A stretch of DNA of 32,000 bases from Gemmata obscuriglobus (lineage in GTDB: Bacteria > Planctomycetota > Planctomycetia > Gemmatales > Gemmataceae). Positions 16,536 to 25,163 of this stretch are shown here, one piece after another (the stretch's first letter is position 1; each line of letters starts with the position of its first letter). The position numbers and the translations under genes are program-made. The stretch lies in contig NZ_CP042911.1 in NCBI RefSeq assembly GCF_008065095.1, positions 2,910,001 to 2,942,000 on the forward strand, given 5' to 3'. The notes below the pieces were generated by a model. It was not told the origin of the DNA. It saw only the letters and a list, made by a program, of their open reading frames with translations, and searched no databases.

Positions 16536-17135
16536 TCACCGCTCGCCGGGCTCGACCCACTTCGTGAGCGGTTCCGCCGGCCGCCACGTTTCGAGTTTCG
16601 TGAGCAACTCGGGAACGGTTTCGGCGACCAGCAACAGCTCGCGGTGCTTCTGCTTGAGGAGCCCTTCCGACACGATGTGGTCGAGCCACGCCAGCAGCGG
16701 GGTGAAGAAGCCGTTGACGTTCAACAGCGCCACCGGCTTGGTGTGGATGCCGAGCTGCGCCCACGTCAGGATCTCGAACAGCTCGTCGCCGGTGCCGAAC
16801 CCGCCGGGCAGCGCGACGAACGCCCCGGCGCGGTCGGCCATCAGCGCCTTGCGCTCGTGCATGGTGTTGACAACGATCAGCTCGGTGCAGTCTTCCTGAG
16901 CAATTTCCTTGAGCGCGAGCGAGTGCGGGATCACACCCACCACCACCCCGCCCGCGGCCAGCGTGGCCGATGCGACGACGCCCATCAGCCCGACCCGACC
17001 CCCGCCGTACACGAGCGCCAGCCCGCGCCCGGCGAGCGCCGCGCCCAGCTCACGCGCGGCTTCGGCGTAGAGCGGGTTCGTGCCGGCGGCCGACCCGCAG
17101 AACACGCAGACGGAATTCAGTGGCATGAGGGTCAC
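16536..17135 (-). CDS. LOG-family (TIGR00730) nucleotide phosphoribohydrolase
   Basis: VCVFCGS..GGG.VGLMG..MHERK..PGGFGTGDE is the LOG signature. Confidence 0.9.
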   Translation of the reverse strand: MTLMPLNSVCVFCGSAAGTNPLYAEAARELGAALAGRGLALVYGGGRVGLMGVVASATLAAGGVVVGVIPHSLALKEIAQEDCTELIVVNTMHERKALMADRAGAFVALPGGFGTGDELFEILTWAQLGIHTKPVALLNVNGFFTPLLAWLDHIVSEGLLKQKHRELLLVAETVPELLTKLETWRPAEPLTKWVEPGER

Positions 17136-17207
17136 CGCGGAACGTGAGAGAGTTCGGGCGGCTTCAATATAGTTCCGGGCTTCAGGTTCGGAAGGGCGGG
17201 CTTCGGC

Positions 17208-17714
17208 TCACACCCAACCGCGGGCGCGGTACTCCTCCGGCACCTCCGGCGGGACCGGTGGGGGCTCCTTGCGTGCCACGCACGCCACGGCCGCGCGGAC
17301 GCGGTCGGCCCAATCCGGGTCGTGCGGGGACACCACGCACACGTTCCGGTCCCACCGGTTCTCCTCCCACACGCCCCAACTGTCGTCGATGTGCAGGTGA
17401 ATGCCGAACTGCGCCGGGCACTTGCTCGGCCCGCGGCGGCCGAACGTGCGCTCGTGCCGGTACTGGTTGACGACGTACCCGAGCCGCACGCCGTAGCACC
17501 GGAGCCACCACCACACGGTTCGCGGGTCGCGGTACGAGGTCGTGTACACCCACAGCTCGTGATCGCGACCGAGTTCCCGCAGCAGCGCGCCCGCGCCCGA
17601 CCGCTGCGGCTCGTGGAGCCAGCCGCGCAACAGCCACCACACGCGGTTCGGATCGTGCCGCGCGCCGTTGTGGTAGCAGATGAGCGTGTCGTCAAGGTCG
17701 AACGAGATTCGCAT
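17208..17714 (-). CDS. HAD-superfamily phosphatase-like protein
   Basis: Motif I FDLDDTL lies right after the internal ATG (17714). A YTTS (motif II-like) and an IDDS (motif IV-like) are also present. The protein is Trp-rich and the family assignment is tentative. Confidence 0.6.
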   Translation of the reverse strand: MRISFDLDDTLICYHNGARHDPNRVWWLLRGWLHEPQRSGAGALLRELGRDHELWVYTTSYRDPRTVWWWLRCYGVRLGYVVNQYRHERTFGRRGPSKCPAQFGIHLHIDDSWGVWEENRWDRNVCVVSPHDPDWADRVRAAVACVARKEPPPVPPEVPEEYRARGWV

Positions 17715-17874
17715 GGTGCCGGTACGCGACGGCCCGCGGCACGGTTCGCCGCGCTTACCCATTCCTCCGGAAACGTCTCGCCCCGGCCGATTTCCTCCAC
17801 CCGCCCGCCCGCCGAACCCGATAAACAGGACCGGCGGCGCGGGTCACGCGGCGCCGGCTTTCGGGGTAATCCGT

Positions 17875-18276
17875 ATGGGCGGCCGGAACAAACTTGTGAT
17901 CGCGGCGCTCGCGGCCGCGCTGGGCGGTGGGTGCGGGACCGTCGATAACGTGCGCCGCCCGGTCTACCCGCTGCCGAACAGTCCGAACACGCACGTGTGC
18001 CGGGTGTACGGTGGGGTCCGCGGTGACTTCGGCATGATGACCGAGTACCCGTGGCGCGACACGCCGTCGTTCATCGATTACATTGTGCTGCCGGTGATGT
18101 CCGCGATCGATCTGGGGCTGTCGGCCTTCGGGGACACGGTTACGCTGCCGTACACGGTCGGCGTGGAGGTGTGGCGGGCGTTCAATCCCGACCCGCCGCC
18201 GCCGCGCGAGTCGTTGCAGGTGCCGGTGACGGTTGCGGAGCCCGCACCGCCGACCGGGCAGGTTGCGCAGCCGTAA
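17875..18276 (+). CDS. YceK/YidQ-like (DUF1375) lipoprotein
   Basis: 133 aa from MGGRNK with the lipobox LGGGC-GTV. YGGVR.D and D..LS..GDTVTLPY resemble YceK as I recall it. Confidence 0.55.
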   Translation: MGGRNKLVIAALAAALGGGCGTVDNVRRPVYPLPNSPNTHVCRVYGGVRGDFGMMTEYPWRDTPSFIDYIVLPVMSAIDLGLSAFGDTVTLPYTVGVEVWRAFNPDPPPPRESLQVPVTVAEPAPPTGQVAQP

Positions 18277-18786
18277 GCGGTGTCCGCGGGAGATATTCCG
18301 GTGGCGCCGGGTTTGCGTGACGGCGGCCCGTATTCTATCGTCCTTTAGCAACGGCCGAGGGCGATTTTGGTTCTCGGCCGGGGGCGTGTGCCGGCGCGTT
18401 CTGTCGCGTCACACCTTTCATCCTCGAAAGGGCTAACCCGCTGCGAAGCGGGGGCGCAAAGCCACGGGCCTGCGGTCTCCCCACCACACCGACCGCAGGT
18501 CGCCTGGTTGCCGAAGGGCATGGCGGTGAAAACCTGTCCATCCCTGGGGGCGTGGGGTCACACCCGCTCCCCTCCGCGCGCCGGAACACGGGCTCACGCC
18601 CGGTGCCGCCAGCGCACGCCCCGCTACGTTCAACATCTCTGAGCATCGGCCGCGCTCGGCGCGCCGACCGGCGCGCGCCGCGTGACGCCGAATCCCATCT
18701 GCGTCGTGTGACGCAAACTCAACAAAGACCTTCTGTCGTTTCACGTGCGGTCTGGGTTGTCAAGATCCCCTGTCGTATACACGAAC

Positions 18787-18910
18787 CGGCTGTCAGTGTC
18801 CGTTTTAGTTTTGTCTTTGTGGCACAGACGTTCCTGCCTGTGCAGTGCGAGACGGCCGAACAGACTGGAAGGTCTGTGCCACAAAGACAAAACTAAATCG
18901 CGGCTGTCAG
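18787..18910. mobile_element. MITE-like element: perfect 26-bp inverted repeats (18804-18829 / 18872-18897) flanked by a 10-bp direct repeat CGGCTGTCAG (18787-18796 and 18901-18910)
   Basis: Arms TTTAGTTTTGTCTTTGTGGCACAGAC and its exact reverse complement were checked base by base. The direct repeat looks like a target-site duplication. There is no ORF inside. Confidence 0.55.
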
Positions 18911-19037
18911 GCTCGAGCTGAATTCCCCCGTCGCCGCGTAACTTGCTGAAAATTCAGGTGTTCTGGCGATTCGTGCCGCCCCTTTCCGTTTCGGTCTTCG
19001 GGGTTGAGACGTTTGTGCGCATCACCAGAGGACTCGC

Positions 19038-19532
19038 ATGATTGGTTCCATCGGTTCGACCGCACCGAGTCTCTCGGTCGCGTCTGTTCTGCAGGCCGGG
19101 ATAACCTCGGCCGTGAGTGGCACGGGTGCCCTTACCGGTGCCGGTGACACCGCCGACATCTCGGGGCCGGGGAAACTGTTCGCGGCGCTCAAGGAATTGG
19201 CTGCGGAAGATCCGGAGAAGTTCAAAGCGGTGGCCGCGGACATCGCCACCAAACTCAAGGAAGCCGCAGAAAAGGCGAGTGACGCGACCGGTTCGGTCGC
19301 CGGTCCGAGTTCCCTGCTGTCCGACCTCGCCGCCAAGTTCGAGACGGCCGCGGAAACGGGGGACGTGTCCGTATTGGAGCCCCCCTCGCAGGGGCCGGGC
19401 GGGGTGGGCGGGTACAACCGCGCCGGCCGGCCGAACGGCCCCCCGCCGCCCCCGCCGGCGGACTCGGGTGTTGATCTGAAGGCGCTGTTCGACTCGATCA
19501 CCAAAGAGGTGACCGACGCGCTGGCCGCGTGA
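19038..19532 (+). CDS. Hypothetical Ala/Ser/Gly-rich protein with a poly-Pro tract
   Basis: 164-aa ORF with a helical KELAAEDPEKFKAVAADIATKLKEAAEKA segment and no signal peptide. It is the only sensible frame in an otherwise ORF-poor region. Confidence 0.55.
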   Translation: MIGSIGSTAPSLSVASVLQAGITSAVSGTGALTGAGDTADISGPGKLFAALKELAAEDPEKFKAVAADIATKLKEAAEKASDATGSVAGPSSLLSDLAAKFETAAETGDVSVLEPPSQGPGGVGGYNRAGRPNGPPPPPPADSGVDLKALFDSITKEVTDALAA

Positions 19533-19559
19533 CCGCTGTCAAACGGCTCGACCACGAAT

Positions 19560-19582
19560 CGCGCCGGCGCATGACGCCGGCG
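19560..19582 (+). terminator. GC hairpin (9-bp stem gcgccggcg / cgccggcgc, 5-nt loop) 28 nt after the stop codon at 19532
   Basis: Read directly. There is no clear U-tract, so the intrinsic-terminator call is weak. Confidence 0.35.
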
Positions 19583-19843
19583 CCGTTAAACACCAGGTGT
19601 CGCCATTTGTCGCAGCTTTTGTACGGATCGCAAACGGTTCGACGTTCGGGACGTGCCGGCGGTCGTTCATACGCCGTGCCGATCGGTGCGGCGGGTTCAT
19701 ACTACACGGAGGCGTTGAACGGGCGCTCGCATGCCCAACTACCTGCGTAACCGAGCGATACCGCTCGCCTTCTTTTCGTTCGCTCATAAACTGCCGGAAC
19801 TCCTCGCAGACATTTACTCGCCCGCTTTATTCCGAGAGGCCCG

Positions 19844-20179
19844 ATGCCGGTACGTCCCGTTAGCCACTTCACGTGGCAGGTGCTCCGCACTGTGAAGCGG
19901 AGCAAGAAGCCCCTGACCGGTCGCGACCTGCGACTGGCACCCACCCGGAACACGAAGGACGGTTCGTTCCTCACGGCGCTCGTCGATCAGGGCCTCCTGA
20001 CCGCCGTTACCGGGTCGAGCGACATCCCGTTCGAGGCGACGTTCTCGCTCACCGAGAAGGGGCAGCACGCGGCCGAGTACGGCGAGTACGAGTACGATCT
20101 GAAGCCGAAGTCCGCTCCCGCACCGGCCCCCGCGCCGCCGGCTCCCAAGTCCGCCGTGGTCGCCAAGAAGAAGCGGTAA
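19844..20179 (+). CDS. Small hypothetical protein, possible winged-helix fold, with an AP-repeat and Lys-rich C-terminal tail
   Basis: 111-aa ORF. The segment KKPLTGRDL..FLTALVDQGLL..LTEKG looks HTH/wHTH-like, and the tail is APAPAPAPPAPKSAVVAKKKR. Confidence 0.5.
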   Translation: MPVRPVSHFTWQVLRTVKRSKKPLTGRDLRLAPTRNTKDGSFLTALVDQGLLTAVTGSSDIPFEATFSLTEKGQHAAEYGEYEYDLKPKSAPAPAPAPPAPKSAVVAKKKR

Positions 20180-20197
20180 CGGGCGTGAAACGCCAAA

Positions 20198-20220
20198 CGC
20201 CCGGCGACACGCGCCGGGCG
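20198..20220. terminator. Hairpin between convergent genes (stem cgcccggcg / cgccgggcg, 5-nt loop), T-containing runs on both sides
   Basis: Followed by ctcgtttcgg on the + strand and by tttggcgtttc on the - strand; a possible bidirectional terminator. Confidence 0.4.
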
Positions 20221-20248
20221 CTCGTTTCGGACTGTTGACCCGAAATCC

Positions 20249-20728
20249 TTACTCTTTCGTGAACTTGTTGGGCATCGGGTTCATGTTCTTCAGCACGAAG
20301 AGGTGCTGCTTTTCCCCCGCCTTAAATTCCTTCGGCGTCTCGCCGCCGGGCAGGGCGTACACGATTGTGATCGTATCGCCCTCCTTCTTGATCAGTCCGT
20401 TCGCGGTCGATTCTTTCGGGTGGTGACTCGTCATCTTGATGGCCCACGGCGTTTTGGCCTTATCGATCGTGTACGTGGCGGCGAAGAACTCCTTCTTGTC
20501 CTTGTCGGTGCCCACGATCTTGTCGCCGGTGAACCGCACCAGCGAGCCCTTGATTTCGCCCTCGGGGATGGCCTTGTCGTCCTTCTCACCCGACACGATC
20601 GTGTAGCCGCCGTCGAGTTCCCCGGCGGCCTTCTTCTCGTCCTTTTTGTCGTCGGCGGTTCCGGGCGAGCCCGTCAAAACCACCACGGTCGCCGCAGCGA
20701 ACAGAAGTGCGGAAACGAATGTGCGCAT
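20249..20728 (-). CDS. TIGR03067-like (planctomycete lipocalin-type) secreted protein
   Basis: 159 aa from MRTFVSALLF (ATG at 20728) with a signal peptide. The pattern G.Y.IVSGEKDG..IPE..G..V.F.GDK..........Y.ID..K.P..I.......G..G.IKKEGD.I.I.Y fits TIGR03067 as I recall it. Confidence 0.6.
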   Translation of the reverse strand: MRTFVSALLFAAATVVVLTGSPGTADDKKDEKKAAGELDGGYTIVSGEKDDKAIPEGEIKGSLVRFTGDKIVGTDKDKKEFFAATYTIDKAKTPWAIKMTSHHPKESTANGLIKKEGDTITIVYALPGGETPKEFKAGEKQHLFVLKNMNPMPNKFTKE

Positions 20729-20810
20729 GGCGGTTGCTCCTGGTGTTAGCGCCCCGCGACCGGTGCGGGGACTGCGAACGGTTGGAGCAACCGCTGTGCC
20801 GTGGTCGGCG

Positions 20811-21968
20811 TCAGGACGACAGCTTCGAGGACCGGGCACGCAGGAGGTGATCGACCAGCACGAGGGCAACCATCGCCTCGCCCATCGGGACGAACCGCGG
20901 CAGCAGACAGGGGTCGTGACGGCCCTTCACGAGAATCTCCGTCGGCCGGCCGTCGCGGTCGATCGTTCGCTGCGTGCGGGGGATGCTGCTGGTGGGCTTG
21001 ATCGCGGCCCGGCAGACGATCGGCATTCCGCTGGAAATGCCGCCGAGCATCCCGCCGTGCCGGTTCGACTCGGTGCGCACCCGCGGGCCGTGCTTCGGCT
21101 CCCACACGGTCGCGTTGCAGTCGGCCGCGTCCGGTGCCACCGGGGACTCGTGCGCTTCCGGGGGCGCGAACACGTCGTTGTTCGCACTGCCGCGCATGGT
21201 GGCGACCGCGAACCCCGCACCGTACTCGAACCCCGTGACCGCCGGCAGCGACAGAAGTGCTTTGGCCAGATCGGCTTTCAGCTTGTCGAAGACGGGCTCG
21301 CCGAGCCCCGCGGGGACGCCGGTCGCGACCAACTCGCACACGCCGCCGATCGAGTCGCGGTCCATGCGCACGTCGTCGATGAGCTGGACCATCTGGGCGG
21401 CGGTTTCCGGCACCGGGCACCGCACCGGGGTCGCTTCCACCTGCTCCAGTGTCACGGCCGTCGGGTCCGGAACGTGCGCGACGAGGGGGCCGACCTGCTT
21501 GACGTACCCGAGCACGCGAATCCCGTCGCGCGCGAGGAGCTTTTTGGCGACGGCGCCGGCCGCGACCCGGCTCACCGTCTCGCGCGCGCTGGACCGCCCG
21601 CCGCCGCGGTAGTCGCGGAACCCGTACTTCGCGTCGAACGTGAAGTCCGCGTGGCCGGGGCGGTACTTGTCCTTGATGTCGCCGTAGTCGCCGCTCCGCT
21701 GGTCGCTGTTGCGGAACGTGATGGCGATGGGGGTGCCGTCGGTCTTCCCCTCGAACACCCCGGACCAGATTTCGGGGAGGTCCTGTTCGTCGCGCTGGGT
21801 GGTGAGCTTGCTCTGCCCCGGGCGCCGGCGCCGCAGGTCCGGGAGCAGGTCGTCGACCGAGAGTTCCAGCCCCGCGGGGCAGCCGTCGATGATGACCACG
21901 TTTCCGGGGCCGTGGCTGACGCCCGCCGTGGTGACGCGAAACAGTGTGCCGAATGTGTTGCCTGCCAT
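20811..21968 (-). CDS. aroC: Chorismate synthase
   Basis: MAGNTFG.LFRVTT.G.SHG..RRRPGQS..T..R.E.D..EI.SGV..G.T.GTPI is a textbook AroC N-terminus, followed by GGGRSSARET. The start is set at the ATG at 21968. Confidence 0.95.
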   Translation of the reverse strand: MAGNTFGTLFRVTTAGVSHGPGNVVIIDGCPAGLELSVDDLLPDLRRRRPGQSKLTTQRDEQDLPEIWSGVFEGKTDGTPIAITFRNSDQRSGDYGDIKDKYRPGHADFTFDAKYGFRDYRGGGRSSARETVSRVAAGAVAKKLLARDGIRVLGYVKQVGPLVAHVPDPTAVTLEQVEATPVRCPVPETAAQMVQLIDDVRMDRDSIGGVCELVATGVPAGLGEPVFDKLKADLAKALLSLPAVTGFEYGAGFAVATMRGSANNDVFAPPEAHESPVAPDAADCNATVWEPKHGPRVRTESNRHGGMLGGISSGMPIVCRAAIKPTSSIPRTQRTIDRDGRPTEILVKGRHDPCLLPRFVPMGEAMVALVLVDHLLRARSSKLSS

Positions 21969-22175
21969 CCCGCAATTGTATCGCTTCCGCCGGCCCCGGG
22001 CTGGAGCCGGCCGGGCCGGCGCGGGTAGATTGAATGGGAGACACGACCCCAAGTTCGATGGTTTCAAGTTCCGGGGGCGGGCGACAGCAGGCGACCCGGC
22101 GGACCGTCAGGCGGTTCCGCGGCCGCCGGAACTTCACTTGGGGCCGGCACCTGGAACCCGGAGGGACTCACCCCG

Positions 22176-22820
22176 ATGCGACCCGCACTCGCGTTCGGTG
22201 TGCTGCTCGGCACGCTGGCACTGGCGCACGCGCAACCGTCCAAGGACCCCGACCCGCGGTACGGGGTCACCGCGCGGGTCAAGGTGCACCTGCAAACGAG
22301 CCCGAAAGAGGCGCTCAAAACGACCCTCGCGCTGATCGACGCGGGGCAGTACGCGTACCTCGCGGCCCACGTCCTCGACCCCAAGTTCGTGGACGAGATG
22401 GTGGCCGACCGCACGAAGGCGTTCGAGGCCGGGGCGGAGCGCGAGCTGGCCAAGCTGCGCGACTTCCAGCGCGCCAACCCCGACCAGGTGCAGGGGCAGG
22501 ACCGCGTTCCGCTGGACCCGAAGGCGTTCCGGGCGGTGGCGGAGCAGAAGGCCCGCGACCTGGCGTTCAAGCAGTTCCTGCGTGACATTGAGGAGAAGTT
22601 CCGCGAGGACCCGCAATCGCTGAAGGACCTGCGGAAGATCCTGCGCGAGGGCAAGTTCTCGGAGGCCGACCCGACGGCGTCCGCGGGGCACGACACCGTG
22701 AAAGGGCGCACGGTGCACTTTAAGAAGATCGGCGACCGCTGGTTCCTGGAGAACCGGGTCGCCGAGGAGCCCAAGAAGGAAGAAGAGCCGAAGAAGGAAG
22801 ACCCCAAGAAGGGGCCGTAA
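22176..22820 (+). CDS. Secreted hypothetical protein with a Lys/Glu-rich C-terminal tail
   Basis: 214 aa with a signal peptide (LALAHA-QP), a helical charged body, and a tail ending EEPKKEEEPKKEDPKKGP. Confidence 0.6.
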   Translation: MRPALAFGVLLGTLALAHAQPSKDPDPRYGVTARVKVHLQTSPKEALKTTLALIDAGQYAYLAAHVLDPKFVDEMVADRTKAFEAGAERELAKLRDFQRANPDQVQGQDRVPLDPKAFRAVAEQKARDLAFKQFLRDIEEKFREDPQSLKDLRKILREGKFSEADPTASAGHDTVKGRTVHFKKIGDRWFLENRVAEEPKKEEEPKKEDPKKGP

Positions 22821-22858
22821 CGTCGCCGCTCGGCGCGCGGCCGTGTTCCGCGGGCCGC

Positions 22859-23869
22859 TTACTTGTTGATCCACTTCAGGATGGTCGGGCCGGGCACGGT
22901 CATCTTCACGACCATCTGGAGTGACGACCCTTGCGGCTCGGGCTTCCCGGGCGGTTTCGGCTTGTCGTCCTTTTGTTCCTGCCGCTTCTCGTCGGTCCGC
23001 GACAGCTTCGGCGAACCGACGGGCCGCACCGGCTTCCGGCGTGCCGGGTTCTGGGGGGCCTCGTCGGCCGCGTCGATGTTGAGCGTCAGCGCCGCCATCC
23101 CCACCACCGCGCCGTACTTGTTCAGCACCGGCCCGCCGCTCGAACCGCTCGCGTAGTCGGCGGTGATCCCCATCCACTTCTCGCGATTCTTGTCCTCGTT
23201 GGTGTGGGTGCTGTACCGCGTGACCGCGCCCTGGGTGTACACGTAGAACAGGTCGCCCGGGTGGCTCAGCACCCCGACCCACGAGCCGACCTCGGCGAAC
23301 GCGGGCGACACGGCCAGCGGCACCAACTCCCGGGCGGAGATGCGGAACACCGCGACGTCGGCGGTTCTGTCGCCGCCGAGGAAGTCGGTGACCGGGTACA
23401 CGTTGCCGTTGCGGTCGGCGGCCCCGAACACCTCGCCGCCTTTGAGGTCCTCGAAGACGTGCCAGTTGGTGACGAGCACGCCGTCGGCGGCCGCGACCCA
23501 CGCGGTCGCGTAGGTGCCGGTCTCCCAGTTCCCGTCCTTGTCGGGGTACACGCTGCCGACGACGAACACGCTCGGCTCGGCCAGCTTGTACACCTCTTCC
23601 GGCGCGAGCGCCTTGCGGCCCGGTTCGGCGGCGGCGATGTTGGCGCTGCCGGGCTTCATTTTCGCGAGGAGCTTCTTGTGCGCGAGCGGCCTCTTGGCCT
23701 TGGCCAGCTCTTCGAGCTTCTCGTACAGGTTCTTGTACACCGCGTCGTCGTCGACGAACTTCGGCTCGCGGGGGGCCTCGGCCTTGGGCGGCTGCGCGGC
23801 GGCACCGAGCGCAACTGCGCAGCCGAGCAGGAGCGCGAGTGGGAGGGCCGCAGGCATCGGTTTGCGCAT
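22859..23869 (-). CDS. Trypsin-like (S1 family) serine protease, secreted or lipoprotein
   Basis: A signal peptide with a possible lipobox (LLLGC) is present. Catalytic triad candidates are TNWHV (His), TADVAV (Asp) and GSSGGPV (Ser). The C-terminal tail is basic and low-complexity. Confidence 0.8.
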   Translation of the reverse strand: MRKPMPAALPLALLLGCAVALGAAAQPPKAEAPREPKFVDDDAVYKNLYEKLEELAKAKRPLAHKKLLAKMKPGSANIAAAEPGRKALAPEEVYKLAEPSVFVVGSVYPDKDGNWETGTYATAWVAAADGVLVTNWHVFEDLKGGEVFGAADRNGNVYPVTDFLGGDRTADVAVFRISARELVPLAVSPAFAEVGSWVGVLSHPGDLFYVYTQGAVTRYSTHTNEDKNREKWMGITADYASGSSGGPVLNKYGAVVGMAALTLNIDAADEAPQNPARRKPVRPVGSPKLSRTDEKRQEQKDDKPKPPGKPEPQGSSLQMVVKMTVPGPTILKWINK

Positions 23870-23891
23870 ATGCTCTCGGTCGCTTGCGGGA

Positions 23892-24257
23892 TTAGGTGGC
23901 TTGGTAGGCAGTTAAGAGGCGCGGCAGTTCGAGGAGCGCGCTCTCAAATTCAGCGAGGCGCAGTTGCAGTTCCGCCCGTTCTAATGGCGTCAATCGCCCC
24001 TGATCGATCATCCCCGAAACTTGCTGGGCGAGACCGCGGGCGGCGGGCCGGAACCGGTCCAAAAAAACTTTGACGGCCTGGAACTCGGCCGCGACGACCC
24101 GTTGCGTCTCTTTCCCATAAAGGCTTTTCGTCGCGGCCTCTTTCAAGTCCCTGAGCTGGGTGTGAATGCTGGACATCTTTTGCTGGTACTCACGCAAAAG
24201 CGGCACAACCGTGGCGGTGAAGGTCTCGGGCGGATCGATCACGATTTCTTCGCTCAC
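23892..24257 (-). CDS. Small all-helical hypothetical protein, translationally coupled to the upstream GTPase-like gene
   Basis: 121 aa from a GTG that overlaps the upstream TGA (GTGA at 24254-24257), preceded by GGGAGGAG. The sequence is heptad-like (LRDLKEAATK.., ERAELQLRLAEFESALLEL). Confidence 0.6.
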   Translation of the reverse strand: MSEEIVIDPPETFTATVVPLLREYQQKMSSIHTQLRDLKEAATKSLYGKETQRVVAAEFQAVKVFLDRFRPAARGLAQQVSGMIDQGRLTPLERAELQLRLAEFESALLELPRLLTAYQAT

Positions 24258-25120
24258 GGCTTCTCCTCCCAAGCTCGGATCGTTTGGAACACCCGCACAA
24301 GGCGCTGCACGGCGGCGGCCAGGCGTGGCATGTCGAAACTGCCAGACGCGGTCGAGTACAGCTTTTCGCCCGCAAGCGTTTCGAGGTTTTTGAGGATCAG
24401 CGAAACGAATGCGAAATCGTGTCGGAATGCGTGCGCGCCGAGGGCGTTTTGCATCTCCCGCACCGCGGTCATGTACTCGCCCGCTTGGTAGTGGCTTTCG
24501 ACCTCTCCTTGTTGCCCGGCCCACAGATCCTGCTTCGCGACGACCGACAGAAACCAGATCTTTTGTTTGCAGACCGAAACGAACGGAACCAACTGCCGGA
24601 GGACGCGCAACTCCTCTTGTCGTCGGTCGGCGGGGAGAGCCGACAAGAAGCCCGGTTTGGTTCCGGTCGTCGCCCACAACGCGTGAGATTTGTAGCTCGG
24701 CGTACTGAACGTGTGGTATCCGTACGCGCTCACCAGGATGATGCCCCGGAACGCGCCCTCCGCAATTTGGCGGTGCAACCCGGGCCACGTGTGTTCTCTG
24801 CGGAACGTTTGGCCCGGTGCCACGACGACCGTGACGGTTTCGTCGTCCTGCAGCGGGAACTCCTCGATACCGTCACTTTCTGTGTACTTGCCGGCGTTTT
24901 CGTCGAACCAGTCCAACTGACCGGCGAGGAGCCGCGCGAGCGTGGTTTTACCCACACCGCCAGGACCGATGATGAGAACCCCTCGACTCGGTTCCGGAAG
25001 CCCGCCGTCCGACCGCGAGGGGCGATTGAATTGGTCCCTCAGCCACTCCCAAATGCCGCGCAAGACGCCCTTCGTGACTTCGCGGCCGGCGTTCTCGATA
25101 TCGAAAGCACCTTCGCCCAT
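24254..25120 (-). CDS. Divergent P-loop NTPase, most like MglA/CvnD-type Ras-superfamily GTPases
   Basis: 288 aa with Walker A/G1 GPGGVGKTT. VVVAPGQ sits at the G3 position (PGQ without Asp, as in MglA) and VVAKQD at the NKxD/G4 position. It carries N- and C-terminal extensions relative to a ~195-aa MglA. Confidence 0.6.
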   Translation of the reverse strand: MGEGAFDIENAGREVTKGVLRGIWEWLRDQFNRPSRSDGGLPEPSRGVLIIGPGGVGKTTLARLLAGQLDWFDENAGKYTESDGIEEFPLQDDETVTVVVAPGQTFRREHTWPGLHRQIAEGAFRGIILVSAYGYHTFSTPSYKSHALWATTGTKPGFLSALPADRRQEELRVLRQLVPFVSVCKQKIWFLSVVAKQDLWAGQQGEVESHYQAGEYMTAVREMQNALGAHAFRHDFAFVSLILKNLETLAGEKLYSTASGSFDMPRLAAAVQRLVRVFQTIRAWEEKP

Positions 25121-25163
25121 CTCGTATCCCCGGACGAATTATCGCACGCCGGCGCCGAGCCGT

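Noticed and set aside
18856-18868. Exact 13-mer CCGAACAGACTGG shared with 29967-29979, possibly linking the MITE loop to the low-GC region
   Set aside because: In 32 kb read on both strands, several exact 13-mer coincidences are expected by chance, and the flanking sequence does not extend the match.
18300-19037. Possible structured ncRNA in the 740-bp gap (hairpins cccgctgcgaagcggg at about 18439, cctgcggtc..gaccgcagg at about 18469-18499)
   Set aside because: These are short generic GC hairpins. I recognise no Rfam-like consensus (tmRNA, RNase P, SRP, 6S, riboswitch), so there is insufficient evidence without a covariance-model scan.
20646-22137. 460-aa plus-strand and 463-aa minus-strand ORFs over aroC
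   Set aside because: Antisense or off-frame to aroC, with Arg/Pro/Gly-rich composition.
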